Position numbers and translations under genes: made by a program. Below, one piece after another: positions 1-10,741 of a stretch of DNA of 54,421 nucleotides. The notes beneath the pieces were generated by a model, which saw only the letters and a program-made list of their open reading frames with translations, did not search any database and was not told the DNA's origin. Within the stretch, counting starts at the first letter, position 1. The number at the start of each line of letters is the position of its first letter. The DNA comes from a virus (lineage: Duplodnaviria > Caudoviricetes): IMG/VR virus record IMGVR_UViG_3300045922_000842, positions 1-54,421 of that record. The stretch is one strand, 5' to 3'.

Positions 1-446
1 TTTCAGTGGTCGGGATTAGCGGTGCTCCGTTGGAAATTATTTCTTTGGTTGGGGCAAATACAACGCCCACCGTTAACGACCGATGGCATGCACCTACCGG
101 AATCACATTAACACCTGGAATTTGGAAAGTTTCTTATAACGCAAATTTTACTTCAAACCCAACAAATGCTCAGTATACCACTTTACAAGGTAACGCCCCA
201 GGAGGTACTTTACTTGCTGACGCAACGAACCCTGCTGCACTTCCAAGTGGAGTCAGCTTTTTGGACAATGCTAACTCAACCTTCCTAACTCAGTGGAACA
301 GTAATTCTCAAGTGTATCAGCCCCCATGTTTTGTAGTTGTAAGCGTATTAACAACGGCCACTTTATATCCACAATATAGAATTTTTGCTTCGACGATTGC
401 TCAAGCAAGGTTAACAGTACGCGTTAGTGCTGAAAGGATAAGATAA
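1..446 (+). CDS. C-terminal part of a tail fibre / virion appendage protein (truncated at window start)
   Basis: Frame is open at the left edge; T/S/N-rich beta-type sequence (LTPGIWKVSY, terminal VSAERIR); followed by a chaperone-like gene and a holin. Confidence 0.55.
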   Translation, partial: SVVGISGAPLEIISLVGANTTPTVNDRWHAPTGITLTPGIWKVSYNANFTSNPTNAQYTTLQGNAPGGTLLADATNPAALPSGVSFLDNANSTFLTQWNSNSQVYQPPCFVVVSVLTTATLYPQYRIFASTIAQARLTVRVSAERIR

Positions 447-976
447 TGAAAAAGTATTTAGTACCAGACGCAGCTAATCCAGAAAAGTTAGCAATTATCG
501 GTGCAAGTGGCTTTGTCCCTCAAGGGGTGGTAGCTGTATTGCCAGAAGAGCTTTACGAAGAAGAAGCTGAGTGGTTGATAGTGACTGATGAAGAAGGTGA
601 ATTTGGTGAGGTTGTTAAAGTAGTTAGTATTAACGAGCCATTAAAAGCTCAAATACTAGCGGAGAGAGAAGCTGCCCAACAAGCTGCTAACAGACTTACT
701 ATGAGAACACAAAAGCGTCAGTTTGGGGAAAGGTTAATTGACGAAATTAGCCTTTTAAACGAAGCTGCTGAAGTGTCCCTAGCTGGACTTGAAGCCATGA
801 TTCTAGATCAAGACCTATTGCTTATCCGAGAATTACTGTGGACCGGTTCTATTAAATCGGCTCATTCTAAACTAATTGAGACAGAAACTAAGTGTATTGA
901 TATTTTCGGTGAGCCAAATTACTTACTAATTAAATTGAAAATGGAACAGTTCTTACAAAGTGTAGGTGAACTGTAA
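446..976 (+). CDS. Putative tail fibre assembly chaperone
   Basis: Coupled to the fibre stop codon (TAATG); acidic N-half, helical C-half; assignment is positional. Confidence 0.4.
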   Translation: MKKYLVPDAANPEKLAIIGASGFVPQGVVAVLPEELYEEEAEWLIVTDEEGEFGEVVKVVSINEPLKAQILAEREAAQQAANRLTMRTQKRQFGERLIDEISLLNEAAEVSLAGLEAMILDQDLLLIRELLWTGSIKSAHSKLIETETKCIDIFGEPNYLLIKLKMEQFLQSVGEL

Positions 977-996
977 TATAAGCGAGGAAGAGGATT

Positions 997-1380
997 GTGG
1001 GAGATGCTTTAAAGTATATTGGGATATCGTTTTTAAGCCTTATAGCCCCCATCCAGCATTTATTAATTATGGTCGGTGTCTTAATCATTGCCGACTTTAT
1101 TTTAGGTGTTGCGGCGGCTGTAAAACGTAAAGAACCTATTACCAGTGCTGGATTTGGTAGAAGTATTGTTAAAATGTTTGTCTATCAAATAGTAGTTGTA
1201 TCAGGTTACTTTATACAAAAATTAATGGGAGATACTATTCCTGTAGTAAATCTTATTTGTGGTATTATTGCCTTGACAGAAGGTAAGTCTTTGCTAGAAA
1301 ATGCAGAAGAAGTTACTGAGCTTAACCTACTTAAGATTAAGGCTGCTTTGAGGTCAAAAAACGACAATAAACAAGACTAA
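997..1380 (+). CDS. Holin (Phage_holin_4_1-like)
   Basis: Several TM segments; ADFILGVAAAVKRKEPITSAGFGRSIVK and TEGKSLLEN motifs typical of this family. Confidence 0.8.
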   Translation: MGDALKYIGISFLSLIAPIQHLLIMVGVLIIADFILGVAAAVKRKEPITSAGFGRSIVKMFVYQIVVVSGYFIQKLMGDTIPVVNLICGIIALTEGKSLLENAEEVTELNLLKIKAALRSKNDNKQD

Positions 1381-1393
1381 TTAACATATAAAG
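1381..1393 (+). promoter_or_regulatory. TTAACATATA motif, putative late promoter (copy 1)
   Basis: Same motif is intergenic at 6558, 49977, 52674 (+) and 15705 (-). Confidence 0.55.
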
Positions 1394-1408
1394 TACGGGG
1401 AGAACACG

Positions 1409-1783
1409 ATGAAAGATTTGAAGAAAATGATGGGTAAAATGCAGCCAGAAGGTGGAAAGCCCGATGTGCGTGAGCAGCTTAAACTGCGAGCACTTAAAGA
1501 GCTTTCAGACGAAATGTCTTCTATCTCTGGTGGATCGTTAATGGAGTCAATGGCTCCTAAAGCAGCGGTAACAGTTGCTACAGACGATCCTAAAAAACTT
1601 CCTCAAGCATTAGAGGATGCAAAAGAGCTTACAGAAGAACTTCCCTCTGAACTTCTTGCTAGTTCTGAAATGGACGAAGAAAACGAAGAAGAGGATGATG
1701 TTGCTGATGCCATGGACGATCTAGAAGAGCTTTCTCCCGAGCAACTCAAAGAAATGATTCGTAAACTTAAAGCAAAAGTTTAA
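1409..1783 (+). CDS. Acidic hypothetical protein of the morphogenesis module
   Basis: GGAG RBS; E/D-rich C-terminus; no family recognised. Confidence 0.6.
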   Translation: MKDLKKMMGKMQPEGGKPDVREQLKLRALKELSDEMSSISGGSLMESMAPKAAVTVATDDPKKLPQALEDAKELTEELPSELLASSEMDEENEEEDDVADAMDDLEELSPEQLKEMIRKLKAKV

Positions 1784-1788
1784 CTAAA

Positions 1789-2718
1789 ATGGCTAGAGTG
1801 TATTCTTCGTCAGCACTAATAGAAAGTGCGGTACGAAAAGCAATGCTTCCGGAAACGCAAATAACGTTTACGGAGACAGATTTTTTAGCTTTCGCCAATG
1901 AAGAGATGGATATGGCTATCATACCATATATTCTTTCTTTTCACGAAGACTACTACCAAACTTTTAAAGTTGTTCAAATCCAAGGTAACAAAACTAAGTA
2001 TAAAATCCCCTATAGGGCTATAGGTAATAAACTTAGATATGTTCACTATCAAGACAGTAACGGTAATCTATACCCGATGCACCGTATTCTTATCGAAGAT
2101 TTGTCTAAAGTTCAGGATTATGGACAAGCAGCTTACAATGTATATTACTACTTAGAAAACGATGAGATTGTTCTTTTGTCTTCTCCCAATGTAGACACAG
2201 GTTTTCTTAGAATTACTTATTATCAAAGACCAAACGCTTTAGTTCCCGATAATAAAGTATCTAAGATTCTTGGTATTAGTGGTAATCAAGTTACAGTAAC
2301 AAATATTAATCTTTATACTGTTGGTTTATTAGTCGATATTGTTTCTGCAAAATCCCCAAACAGAATTGTACACGAAGACTTGCTAATTACTGGAATAAAT
2401 ACTATTACTAATACCTTAACTCTTTCTTCTAGCCCGGCTAATATTGAGTTAGGCGATCAACTATCTATCGCAGAAACTACTGCAATTGCTCAAATCCCCA
2501 CAGAACTACAAAGTTTACTTTCCCAAAGAGTTGCCGCTAGATGTTTAGAAGCACTTGGCGACCAAGCCGGTCTACAAGTAGCAAATACTAAAATTGCTGA
2601 AATTGAACAAAAAGCTGCCACCTTAATAGATAGTCGTGTTGAGGGATCTCCATGGAAAGTAATTGCTTCTAGTAGCCCACTTAAATCAATCAGGAGACGT
2701 TTTTGGTGGAGGCGATAA
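1789..2718 (+). CDS. Putative head-tail adaptor / tail tubular protein A
   Basis: Helical N- and C-termini flanking a beta region; directly precedes the large nozzle-like gene as in podoviruses. Confidence 0.55.
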   Translation: MARVYSSSALIESAVRKAMLPETQITFTETDFLAFANEEMDMAIIPYILSFHEDYYQTFKVVQIQGNKTKYKIPYRAIGNKLRYVHYQDSNGNLYPMHRILIEDLSKVQDYGQAAYNVYYYLENDEIVLLSSPNVDTGFLRITYYQRPNALVPDNKVSKILGISGNQVTVTNINLYTVGLLVDIVSAKSPNRIVHEDLLITGINTITNTLTLSSSPANIELGDQLSIAETTAIAQIPTELQSLLSQRVAARCLEALGDQAGLQVANTKIAEIEQKAATLIDSRVEGSPWKVIASSSPLKSIRRRFWWRR

Positions 2719-5700
2719 ATGGCTACGTCCTCAATGCTTCAAGCAAGGGGCCTTGCGACATTTAACAACTACCTTTCAGCAGTTCCTGAAGGTGCTTTAA
2801 TTAAAGCTAACAATGTTGTTATTGATCGTACTGGTGTTATCGAGCCTAGGCGAGGTTTTAAGCAATACTCTATCCTAAACCAACCCCCAAAACAGCTTTT
2901 AAAGTATCGAGAAAAACTCCTAGTTCATTACGACGATATTCTTGCTTATGACGATGGCACGGGTACTTTATCTAACTACTTAGAACCTATTTTAGAAACC
3001 GAAGTTGGTCTTAGACTTAAGTTTATCGAAGAAAATGGTAATCTTTATCTAACTACATCTACCGGAATTAAAAAACTATCTGCGCTAAACGATCTATCAA
3101 TTGCAACTATTGAGGATGCAGGTGGTATAAAGGCTTTAACGGGCCAAGGAATAGCTGATTACAGTTTAGGCACGGGTTTCCTCCCCGGCCTGTCAAAAGT
3201 TGCTTATAGGCTTACCTGGGGCACTAAAGACATCAATGATAACTTTATTGAGGGAGCTCCGTCTCCGGTCGTCGAAGTAATTAATCAAAGCACAGAAAAT
3301 TGTAACATAATTATTACCTTTGATGTACCTAACGCCGTTACCTCTAATTATTTTTATAGACTTTATCGTACGGATATATTCACTGCTACAACACTAGAAG
3401 AACTCCCTGACATAAGAGTTAATGACGAATTACGACTCGTGTTCGAAGAAGCGTATGTTTCGGGACCTACTGTAACAATTACAGATGTTACTCCAAGAAC
3501 TTTTAGAGATTCTGGTCCTCCTCTTTATACTAACGAGTTTAGTGGAGAAGGTATACTTCAGTCAAACACTCCACCCCCTTTTGCGAAAGACATAGTTACC
3601 TACAAAGGCTACACTTTTTATGGTAATACCAAGCAAAAACATAGCTCACTCATCACTGTACTTGGTACTACTAAATTTACTTCTTTTGGTGCTGTAGAAG
3701 ACAGTATTGACATTGTGTCTATTGTTTATTCTGCCCCAGATACAGATATTACTTTTAGCTCAAGTAGTCATGGAATTACTATTGGGCAAAACATTGTAGT
3801 TAAGAACTCAGGTGCTTCTGGATTAGATGATTTAGTACATACTGTGGTTAATGTTTCTGGTGCTGTAATTACAATTACTGCTGATGGAACCGGAGCCAAT
3901 GCGGCTACATCAACTATTCACTCATCCTATCTTACAATAACTAAAGACACTACTGAAAATAACTATTACTTTGTGGGTCGTAAAGAGATTAATCAGCTCA
4001 CATTTGACGCCTATGCCGATGCGACCGAAAGAAGTGCAAAATACCCTGAAACTGGATTACTAAAACTTTATTCTAGCGAAGATGAAGTAGAGTATGCGTT
4101 ATGGTTTGCTCATAGCCCGACCTCTACACCACCGGCTTTCACTGGTGGAATTTTAATTAAAGTTGAAATATATAATACCTCTGCTACCAATATACAAGTT
4201 GCAGAAGCAGTATTTACAGCATTGTCTGAAAATAGTTTTGATTTTGAATACGTTGTAAATACTCCGGCTGGCACACTAGAAGTACAAACAGCTAGAAGTG
4301 GTAGTTCTACTAATCCAATTATAGACCCATTATTAACTGGAATAACAAATATCAATATACAAGAAGGGTATGGGGAAGACATTACAAAACAGTTTGTAAG
4401 ACTTCCAAAATTTCTTAGTGCTGGTTTATCTATTGATGATTTAACTAGATCGTTATGTAGAAACATTAATTCTAATGTCAATGAAGAAGTAAGTGCATTT
4501 TACATATTTAATAGTGCTGATTTGCCGGGTAGAATACAACTTGAGGCTAGAGTTTTAGATGATGTTTCCTTTACAGTATTAGCCAATAGCGTTGATGTGG
4601 GGTCTTCTTTTAATCCCGTACTTTCACCAGCAACTACGTCAACAAACGAAACTTTTCAAAATAGAATTTACTACTCTAAGTTTAGACAACCGGAAGCTGT
4701 ACCTATTGTAAATTTTATTGATGTCGGATCTAAGAATAAACCAATTGACAGGATTGTGTCATTAAGAGACAATCTATTTATTTTTAAGTCTGAGGGTATT
4801 TATAAACTTTCAGGGGATACCCCAAATACATTCTTTTTAGGTCTACAAGACAGCTCTGCTTTTTTAGTAGCCCCCGATGCACTTTCTGTATTAAACAACC
4901 AAATCATGGCATTTACAACACAGGGAGTAGTTCAAATTAGTGACTCTGGTGTTGGTATTATTTCTAGATCTATTGAAGACACTATTTTAAAAGTTATTGC
5001 CCCTGCTTTTACTAATACAAAAACACTGTCCTTTTCCACTTCTAGTGAATCAGACCGCACTTTCTTTCTATGGCTACCAGAGTCCACAAGTAGTACTTTT
5101 GGCGATGTATGTTATAGATATAATATATTTACACAAACCTGGACTACTATGGATCGAACAGCTAGGTGTGCCATTGACTTAAATAGTAGATTGTATATTG
5201 GTGCCGGGGATTTACCACAAATTGAACAAGAAAGAAAAAATTTAAATAAAACTGACTTTGCTGACCGCGTTTTTGATGTTTCTCTTCTTGCTAATTTTTA
5301 CAGCGGATCTGGTAGCACTATTAAAGTTGGATCTATTGCTAATATAGAGCGTGGAGATGTTTTAGTTCAGAGACAGTATGTTACAATAGCTATAGTTAAT
5401 CAACTTGCACAAAAACTAGCACAAGACCCTGGAGTACCACAAGCCGCTAAACCATTCTATCAAAATTTTATACTAGGTCCAGGAGTTAATCTGCAAAATG
5501 AAGTACAAACATTAATTACACAGCTAAATACAGATTTAGGTACAAGTTTTGATACTATTTTTAACTCTGACCCTTTAGTTTTTCAACTAGAATACAATTC
5601 TGTCATTTTAGATTTAAATCTTGCTCCAGAACTTATTTTTTCAAACTATAAACAAGCTTTAACTGCCATCGACTATGAATTTCTAGTAGAATCTGTTAAC

Positions 5701-6150
5701 ATACCTCAATTAGAGGTAACTGGATTAGCTATTGCCCCTTTTGTTGTTGGAGAAATTGAAGTTAATAAAGCCATAAACTCCGACGTAATTTATTCTGCAA
5801 TTTCTTTTGGTGATCCTGCTGTAATGAAGCACATTAGGTCTGGTACAATTATGTTTGCCAATGCAGACTTAGCTTTTGCTTCTTTGGGATATAGTACAGA
5901 CTTATCCCCGAATTATGAAAATATTTCCTTTCAACTAGAGGGAGATGGTTCTTGGGGCGTGTTTTTTTACAACAGCACGACATGGGGGGGAGAGGGTACT
6001 CAACGACCGTTTAGGACCCTAATCCCAAGACAAAAACAAAGATGTCGATTTATTAGGCCTAGATTTATTCATAAAACAGCCTTTTACAAGTTTATGATAT
6101 TTGGAGTGTCTTTTGATTACGAAGTAACAAACACTAGGGCTTATAAATAA
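2719..6150 (+). CDS. Putative tail nozzle / tubular protein B (P22 gp10 / T7 gp12-like) with extra inserted domains
   Basis: 1143 aa; N-terminal A-x-N-V-V-I-D-x-x-G-x-x-x-x-R-x-G-F pattern, propeller-like NRIYYS and LFIFKSEGIY segments, beta-rich C-terminus. Confidence 0.65.
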   Translation: MATSSMLQARGLATFNNYLSAVPEGALIKANNVVIDRTGVIEPRRGFKQYSILNQPPKQLLKYREKLLVHYDDILAYDDGTGTLSNYLEPILETEVGLRLKFIEENGNLYLTTSTGIKKLSALNDLSIATIEDAGGIKALTGQGIADYSLGTGFLPGLSKVAYRLTWGTKDINDNFIEGAPSPVVEVINQSTENCNIIITFDVPNAVTSNYFYRLYRTDIFTATTLEELPDIRVNDELRLVFEEAYVSGPTVTITDVTPRTFRDSGPPLYTNEFSGEGILQSNTPPPFAKDIVTYKGYTFYGNTKQKHSSLITVLGTTKFTSFGAVEDSIDIVSIVYSAPDTDITFSSSSHGITIGQNIVVKNSGASGLDDLVHTVVNVSGAVITITADGTGANAATSTIHSSYLTITKDTTENNYYFVGRKEINQLTFDAYADATERSAKYPETGLLKLYSSEDEVEYALWFAHSPTSTPPAFTGGILIKVEIYNTSATNIQVAEAVFTALSENSFDFEYVVNTPAGTLEVQTARSGSSTNPIIDPLLTGITNINIQEGYGEDITKQFVRLPKFLSAGLSIDDLTRSLCRNINSNVNEEVSAFYIFNSADLPGRIQLEARVLDDVSFTVLANSVDVGSSFNPVLSPATTSTNETFQNRIYYSKFRQPEAVPIVNFIDVGSKNKPIDRIVSLRDNLFIFKSEGIYKLSGDTPNTFFLGLQDSSAFLVAPDALSVLNNQIMAFTTQGVVQISDSGVGIISRSIEDTILKVIAPAFTNTKTLSFSTSSESDRTFFLWLPESTSSTFGDVCYRYNIFTQTWTTMDRTARCAIDLNSRLYIGAGDLPQIEQERKNLNKTDFADRVFDVSLLANFYSGSGSTIKVGSIANIERGDVLVQRQYVTIAIVNQLAQKLAQDPGVPQAAKPFYQNFILGPGVNLQNEVQTLITQLNTDLGTSFDTIFNSDPLVFQLEYNSVILDLNLAPELIFSNYKQALTAIDYEFLVESVNIPQLEVTGLAIAPFVVGEIEVNKAINSDVIYSAISFGDPAVMKHIRSGTIMFANADLAFASLGYSTDLSPNYENISFQLEGDGSWGVFFYNSTTWGGEGTQRPFRTLIPRQKQRCRFIRPRFIHKTAFYKFMIFGVSFDYEVTNTRAYK

Positions 6151-6557
6151 TGCGAATAGGTAAATTTTCAAACATTACTCCAGAAGACTTTGACGAAGAG
6201 CTTCAGCCGGCAATGTCTAAATTAGCAGAAACCATAAACCCGTTTCTTGAGACCGTATCCTCAGCTTTTGACGGTAAAATTGACTTTGATAACTTAAATC
6301 AAGAAATAGTTGAGTTTCAGGTAGAAGTAGACTCAAACGGGGTTCCTAAAACGCAATTAGGGCTAAGTTCTCGGCTTTTTAACCGCGTTAGGGGCTATAT
6401 TGTAATTAGAGCCCAACCAAACAATCCTAATGCCGCTTTACCTACGGCTAATCCGCTTATAACATATAGCCAAACGGAGTCTGGAATTAGGGTACTGGGG
6501 GTAACCGGACTGCCTCCAAATGTTTTATATAGAATTACAGCTATTGCTATAGGGTAA
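6150..6557 (+). CDS. Hypothetical virion protein
   Basis: Coupled to the nozzle gene (TAATG); lies in the structural module. Confidence 0.55.
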   Translation: MRIGKFSNITPEDFDEELQPAMSKLAETINPFLETVSSAFDGKIDFDNLNQEIVEFQVEVDSNGVPKTQLGLSSRLFNRVRGYIVIRAQPNNPNAALPTANPLITYSQTESGIRVLGVTGLPPNVLYRITAIAIG

Positions 6558-6567
6558 TTAACATATA
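6558..6567 (+). promoter_or_regulatory. TTAACATATA motif, putative late promoter (copy 2)
   Basis: In a 23-nt intergenic gap before the GAGGA RBS. Confidence 0.55.
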
Positions 6568-6580
6568 TTTAGAGGACTAA

Positions 6581-8410
6581 ATGGCTATTGTTTTAAACCA
6601 ACAACAAGAGCAGGAAAAACAAGAACAGAGTCAGCAACAACCTATGCTGCCTGGGGCTACACCTATGTCCTCTTCGGGTGGTCAAATGGCCGCTGTCCCC
6701 GCTGGGCGACAACAACAAAGACCAGCTTCTAGTGGCCAATTTACCAACGTACAGCGATTTATTCAAGCTAACCAGGGTGTTGGTAATCAAATTGCGCAAC
6801 GAATGGGTGAAACTACTAGTAGAGGTCTTGAAAAAGTAGGTCAAGGAGTTGGTCAGCTTACGGGACTAAAACAGGAAGTAGGCCAAGAACGAGAGCGAAT
6901 TGGGCAAGCAGACGCTGTTGCTAATCAAATCCGCGGCAATGTTCAGGAATTAACGACAGGGCCACAATTTGACCAAGCTAGACAATTAATTACTGGACAA
7001 ACTGCTGCTGACCAACAAAGACAGCAATTACAGGGCATATCTGACCCACTACAAACAAATATCTCTCGAGCACAACAACAAATATCTCAACTAGGTTCTG
7101 AGCCTGGACGGTTTAATTTACTTAGACAAGTAATTGGTGCCCCTAGCTACACAGCTGGACAACAAAGATTAGATCAGCTACTTACACAAACTGAAGGCGG
7201 ACGCACACTCGGACAACAGTTTCAGCAGCAACGTGGTCAACTAGGCTCGCAAACAGCTCAGTCTGAGGACTTAATGAATCGAATTTCTGGTGGTATTTCT
7301 GAATACGGTCAGCAAGCAGCTCAAGCTAGCCAAATGCTTACTGGTCTTCTTGGTTCAGAAATTGGCGGCGTTCAACAAAGAGGTAGAACTGCTCTTGAAC
7401 AAGAGGCAGCTAGAAGACAAGAGGATGAAAATCTTTTGCGTCGGTATTTTGCTGGAGAATTCTCGAGTCCTCAACTAAACGCACCCCCTGGTGCTACTAT
7501 GAAAATGCAGGCGGTTAGTCCAGAATTAGAGAGAGTAAATCAATTATTAAATCAAGTTGGATTTACTCCAGGGCAAAGAACTTTTGGAACTTTAGCAAAT
7601 AGACAGCTAGGAGAAATTTTTACTGGATTCGGTTCTCGTCCCGAAAGAATTCAACAAGTTTTGTCTGATGAGGAAATTGCTAGATTTAATGCTCTACAAC
7701 AATTATCAGGCTCTGCTGATAGAATGAGTAAAGAACAGTTAACCGGTCTTGGATTAAACCAACAAGTAGCCCAAGAAATTGAAGATAAACAAAAACAATT
7801 TCAAAACTTAATATCTGGTGGCGTAGAAGGTGTATACACTTGGGGTGCCGAAGGCGACTCTGGTCTAATTAATACTGGTAGCGGAACTAGCGGAGGTTCA
7901 TTCGGAAGAACTTACTCAGCACGAGATATCTACTCTCCAACTGTAGACAGTTTAGACAGACTTCTTGGTACTGCTTTTGGCGTGGATCCAACTAAACTTA
8001 CGCAAAGGGATTTAGGCGGCCCTCGTTTTGAAGTTAAACCCTTTGACTCTCTGCGTACAGGTGTAGTAAACTTATCTAATCAGCTTCAAAATCTTGGATA
8101 TTTTAATACTTCAATGGACCCGTTTGCTCCTCAAAAAACTCGGGAGCAGTTTGTCGCCGATACTTTAAATAGAATTTACACTAGAGCTAATGAGTTGGCA
8201 TTACAAAACGAACTTAATAAAGCTAGAAGCTCTTTGGGTGGTTTGTTAACACAAAATCCAACTGGTAGAAATGAAATTATGGGTCGAGGTATAGCTATTA
8301 ACTCATTAAATAATAGAATACCCCAACTAGAACTAGCTTTAGAAAATAATCGTAAACAATTACAACAAATGCTAGGTCAAGTACCGAATTTACCAACTAA
8401 ACGAGGCTAA
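6581..8410 (+). CDS. Putative internal virion / DNA ejection protein
   Basis: 609 aa, very Q/G-rich, helical, no Cys; follows tail genes. Confidence 0.55.
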   Translation: MAIVLNQQQEQEKQEQSQQQPMLPGATPMSSSGGQMAAVPAGRQQQRPASSGQFTNVQRFIQANQGVGNQIAQRMGETTSRGLEKVGQGVGQLTGLKQEVGQERERIGQADAVANQIRGNVQELTTGPQFDQARQLITGQTAADQQRQQLQGISDPLQTNISRAQQQISQLGSEPGRFNLLRQVIGAPSYTAGQQRLDQLLTQTEGGRTLGQQFQQQRGQLGSQTAQSEDLMNRISGGISEYGQQAAQASQMLTGLLGSEIGGVQQRGRTALEQEAARRQEDENLLRRYFAGEFSSPQLNAPPGATMKMQAVSPELERVNQLLNQVGFTPGQRTFGTLANRQLGEIFTGFGSRPERIQQVLSDEEIARFNALQQLSGSADRMSKEQLTGLGLNQQVAQEIEDKQKQFQNLISGGVEGVYTWGAEGDSGLINTGSGTSGGSFGRTYSARDIYSPTVDSLDRLLGTAFGVDPTKLTQRDLGGPRFEVKPFDSLRTGVVNLSNQLQNLGYFNTSMDPFAPQKTREQFVADTLNRIYTRANELALQNELNKARSSLGGLLTQNPTGRNEIMGRGIAINSLNNRIPQLELALENNRKQLQQMLGQVPNLPTKRG

Positions 8411-8412
8411 GT

Positions 8413-9438
8413 ATGTGGGGAGCAATTCTAGGGGCAGCGGCCCCGATAGTAACAGGGATATTAGGAGGGCAAGCGGCTCGACAGCAGTCAGACGAAGCTT
8501 TGTCTGCACTTGATCAGGCAAGGGGACAGTTTGCTGGCATTGCATTACCAGATATTGAGAAGCTTAGACTTCGCCCTGAAGAGCTTACCTCAGCGGGACA
8601 ACTAACTCCAGAAGAATTAGCAATTGTTGGACAATTAGGTCCGTCTGCTTTCGAACAAATACAACTTGATCCTAGACTTAGAGGCGACCAACTTTCAGCT
8701 TTAGACATGGCTAGACAACGTGCTCTAGGTGGATTTACTGCTGAAGATGCCGCGATGCTTGACCAATACATGCGCGGTATGACAAGCTCTATGCAGTCAC
8801 AGCAACAAGCAGTACTACAAGATGCAGCTAGACGTGGAGTTGCTGACTCTGGTATGGCTCTTGCAGCAGCATTACAAGGTGGTCAGGGAATTGCTAACCA
8901 AGCTTCTGAACAGGCTCTTCAAAGAGCGGCTATGAGAATACAACAACAGCAATCTGGAGCCGAAGCAATGGGGCGACTTGCTGCGGGAATTGAAGCTAGT
9001 GATTACTCTAGAGGAGCTGATCTTGCTGGCCGCAGAGACGCTATTAGTGAGTTTAATCAAAGATTAGCGCAAAGTGTTGCAGATAGAAACACTGCTTTAC
9101 GCAATGAGGCGCAGCAACGAAATCTTGCTGAAAGACAACGTATTCAAGATGCTAATGTTGCTGGGAGAAATCAAGCTCAGCTTAATTGGCAGGATCTTAA
9201 TCAACAAAACTTTCAAAATCAAATGTCTAGGGCGGGGGGCACTGCAGGACAACTGCAAAACATTGCCAATGAGCGAAATAGACGAGGCGCGGCTGAATCT
9301 CAACTTTATGCAGGAATTGGAAGAGGTATTTCTGGAGCTGCTGGGGCTTTAGGCGGTGTGGGCGGAGCTTCTGGTGGGACTTCTGCGCTAAATACCGGTG
9401 GTAATAGTTGGATGGATTTAGTTGGCAAAATTGGTTAA
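8413..9438 (+). CDS. Putative DNA ejection / pilot protein
   Basis: G/A-rich hydrophobic N-terminus (MWGAILGAAAPIVTGILGG), Q/A/N-rich coiled body, G-rich C-terminus. Confidence 0.6.
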   Translation: MWGAILGAAAPIVTGILGGQAARQQSDEALSALDQARGQFAGIALPDIEKLRLRPEELTSAGQLTPEELAIVGQLGPSAFEQIQLDPRLRGDQLSALDMARQRALGGFTAEDAAMLDQYMRGMTSSMQSQQQAVLQDAARRGVADSGMALAAALQGGQGIANQASEQALQRAAMRIQQQQSGAEAMGRLAAGIEASDYSRGADLAGRRDAISEFNQRLAQSVADRNTALRNEAQQRNLAERQRIQDANVAGRNQAQLNWQDLNQQNFQNQMSRAGGTAGQLQNIANERNRRGAAESQLYAGIGRGISGAAGALGGVGGASGGTSALNTGGNSWMDLVGKIG

Positions 9439-9451
9439 AAAGAGAGATAGT

Positions 9452-10741
9452 ATGAATAAACAAAAAAATGCTCTTGATGATATTTTAAGTTTAAATAAAA
9501 TTCAAGAGTTGGCTTTTCAACCACAAGAAATTGTTTCGCGGCAACAAGGTCAAGATTTAATGGACGAACTGGCACCAATGCCAGACACAATTCTTCAAAG
9601 ACAACTACCAAATCCACAACCAGAACTAAATCCCATAAATCAGTATGAACAAGCAATTGCTAGTGCACAACGGGATCAACGAAATTTAGCTTTACTTCAA
9701 GCAGCAAATCAAGTAGGAGCTGCTTTGGCTGGTGGGGGTCGATTTACACCGCAAGTAGATACTAATCTCTCTGAATTACGACCCCTGGTTGGACAAGAGT
9801 TGTCTGGAATTAAAGAAAGAGACGCTATTGTTGAGACCCAAGGCAAACGAGAACTAGCTCGTATTAAACAGTCTACTGAAAAAGATAAAATGAATCCACA
9901 AAGCGAAGCTTCTAGAATTGCAAGAGAAGCTTACGCATCGTCTTTGCGTCGTATTGGTAGAAATAGATTAGCTGACCAAGTTGAAGAGCGGGAAATGTCT
10001 TTAAACGAGCTTGAGTCTATTTTTGGAGGATTAAATCTTCAAAATATGGAAACTCTTTTTGAATCCGCACAATCCAGAAAAGAACTAGCTCAAATTAGGG
10101 AACAAGCTAAAAAAGACACAAAATTAGAAGAATTAAACCCATTTGAAAAAGAAGAAGTTAAAAAGCTTGCCTCTGCTGCTTCTGAGTACACTTCAAAAGA
10201 CAGACCACAATTAATTACTAACTTAAATAAAGTAGATTCTGCCATTGAACTATTAAACACTAAATCTGGTATAAGCGGCCCGGGGGTAGGTAATATTCCT
10301 CAAGCAATTAGATATTTTACAAACCCTGATTCTATTAGGGCACGAGATGACGTAAGATCCGCTATTCAAGACACACTAAGACCTACTTTAGGTGCTCAAT
10401 TTACCGAAAAAGAAGGTGAAAGAATTATGTCTTTTGCTTTCGACGAACGACTCCCACAAGAAGAAAATGTTAAGCGGGCAAATCGTCTACGAGAAGCAAT
10501 TACTCGTAAAGTAGAATTTCAAGACGCTTACTATAATCATTTAAGGCAAGGTGGAAGACCTAAGGATTTTGATTTTGCTAAATATGGTATGCAGCCTGTT
10601 GTAGAAGCTACTACTGTACAACCAACAAATAAACAAGCAGAATTTATTACACTTAGGGCCCCAAACGGTGAAATAGCAAGAGTAAGGGCAGACCAAGCTA
10701 AAAAATATTTAGATAAAGGTGCGGTAAGAGTTGATGAGTAA
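9452..10741 (+). CDS. Putative ejection protein
   Basis: Helical and charged, contains LGAQFTEKEG; ATG at 9452 after a purine-rich RBS is a likelier start than 9422. Confidence 0.5.
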   Translation: MNKQKNALDDILSLNKIQELAFQPQEIVSRQQGQDLMDELAPMPDTILQRQLPNPQPELNPINQYEQAIASAQRDQRNLALLQAANQVGAALAGGGRFTPQVDTNLSELRPLVGQELSGIKERDAIVETQGKRELARIKQSTEKDKMNPQSEASRIAREAYASSLRRIGRNRLADQVEEREMSLNELESIFGGLNLQNMETLFESAQSRKELAQIREQAKKDTKLEELNPFEKEEVKKLASAASEYTSKDRPQLITNLNKVDSAIELLNTKSGISGPGVGNIPQAIRYFTNPDSIRARDDVRSAIQDTLRPTLGAQFTEKEGERIMSFAFDERLPQEENVKRANRLREAITRKVEFQDAYYNHLRQGGRPKDFDFAKYGMQPVVEATTVQPTNKQAEFITLRAPNGEIARVRADQAKKYLDKGAVRVDE

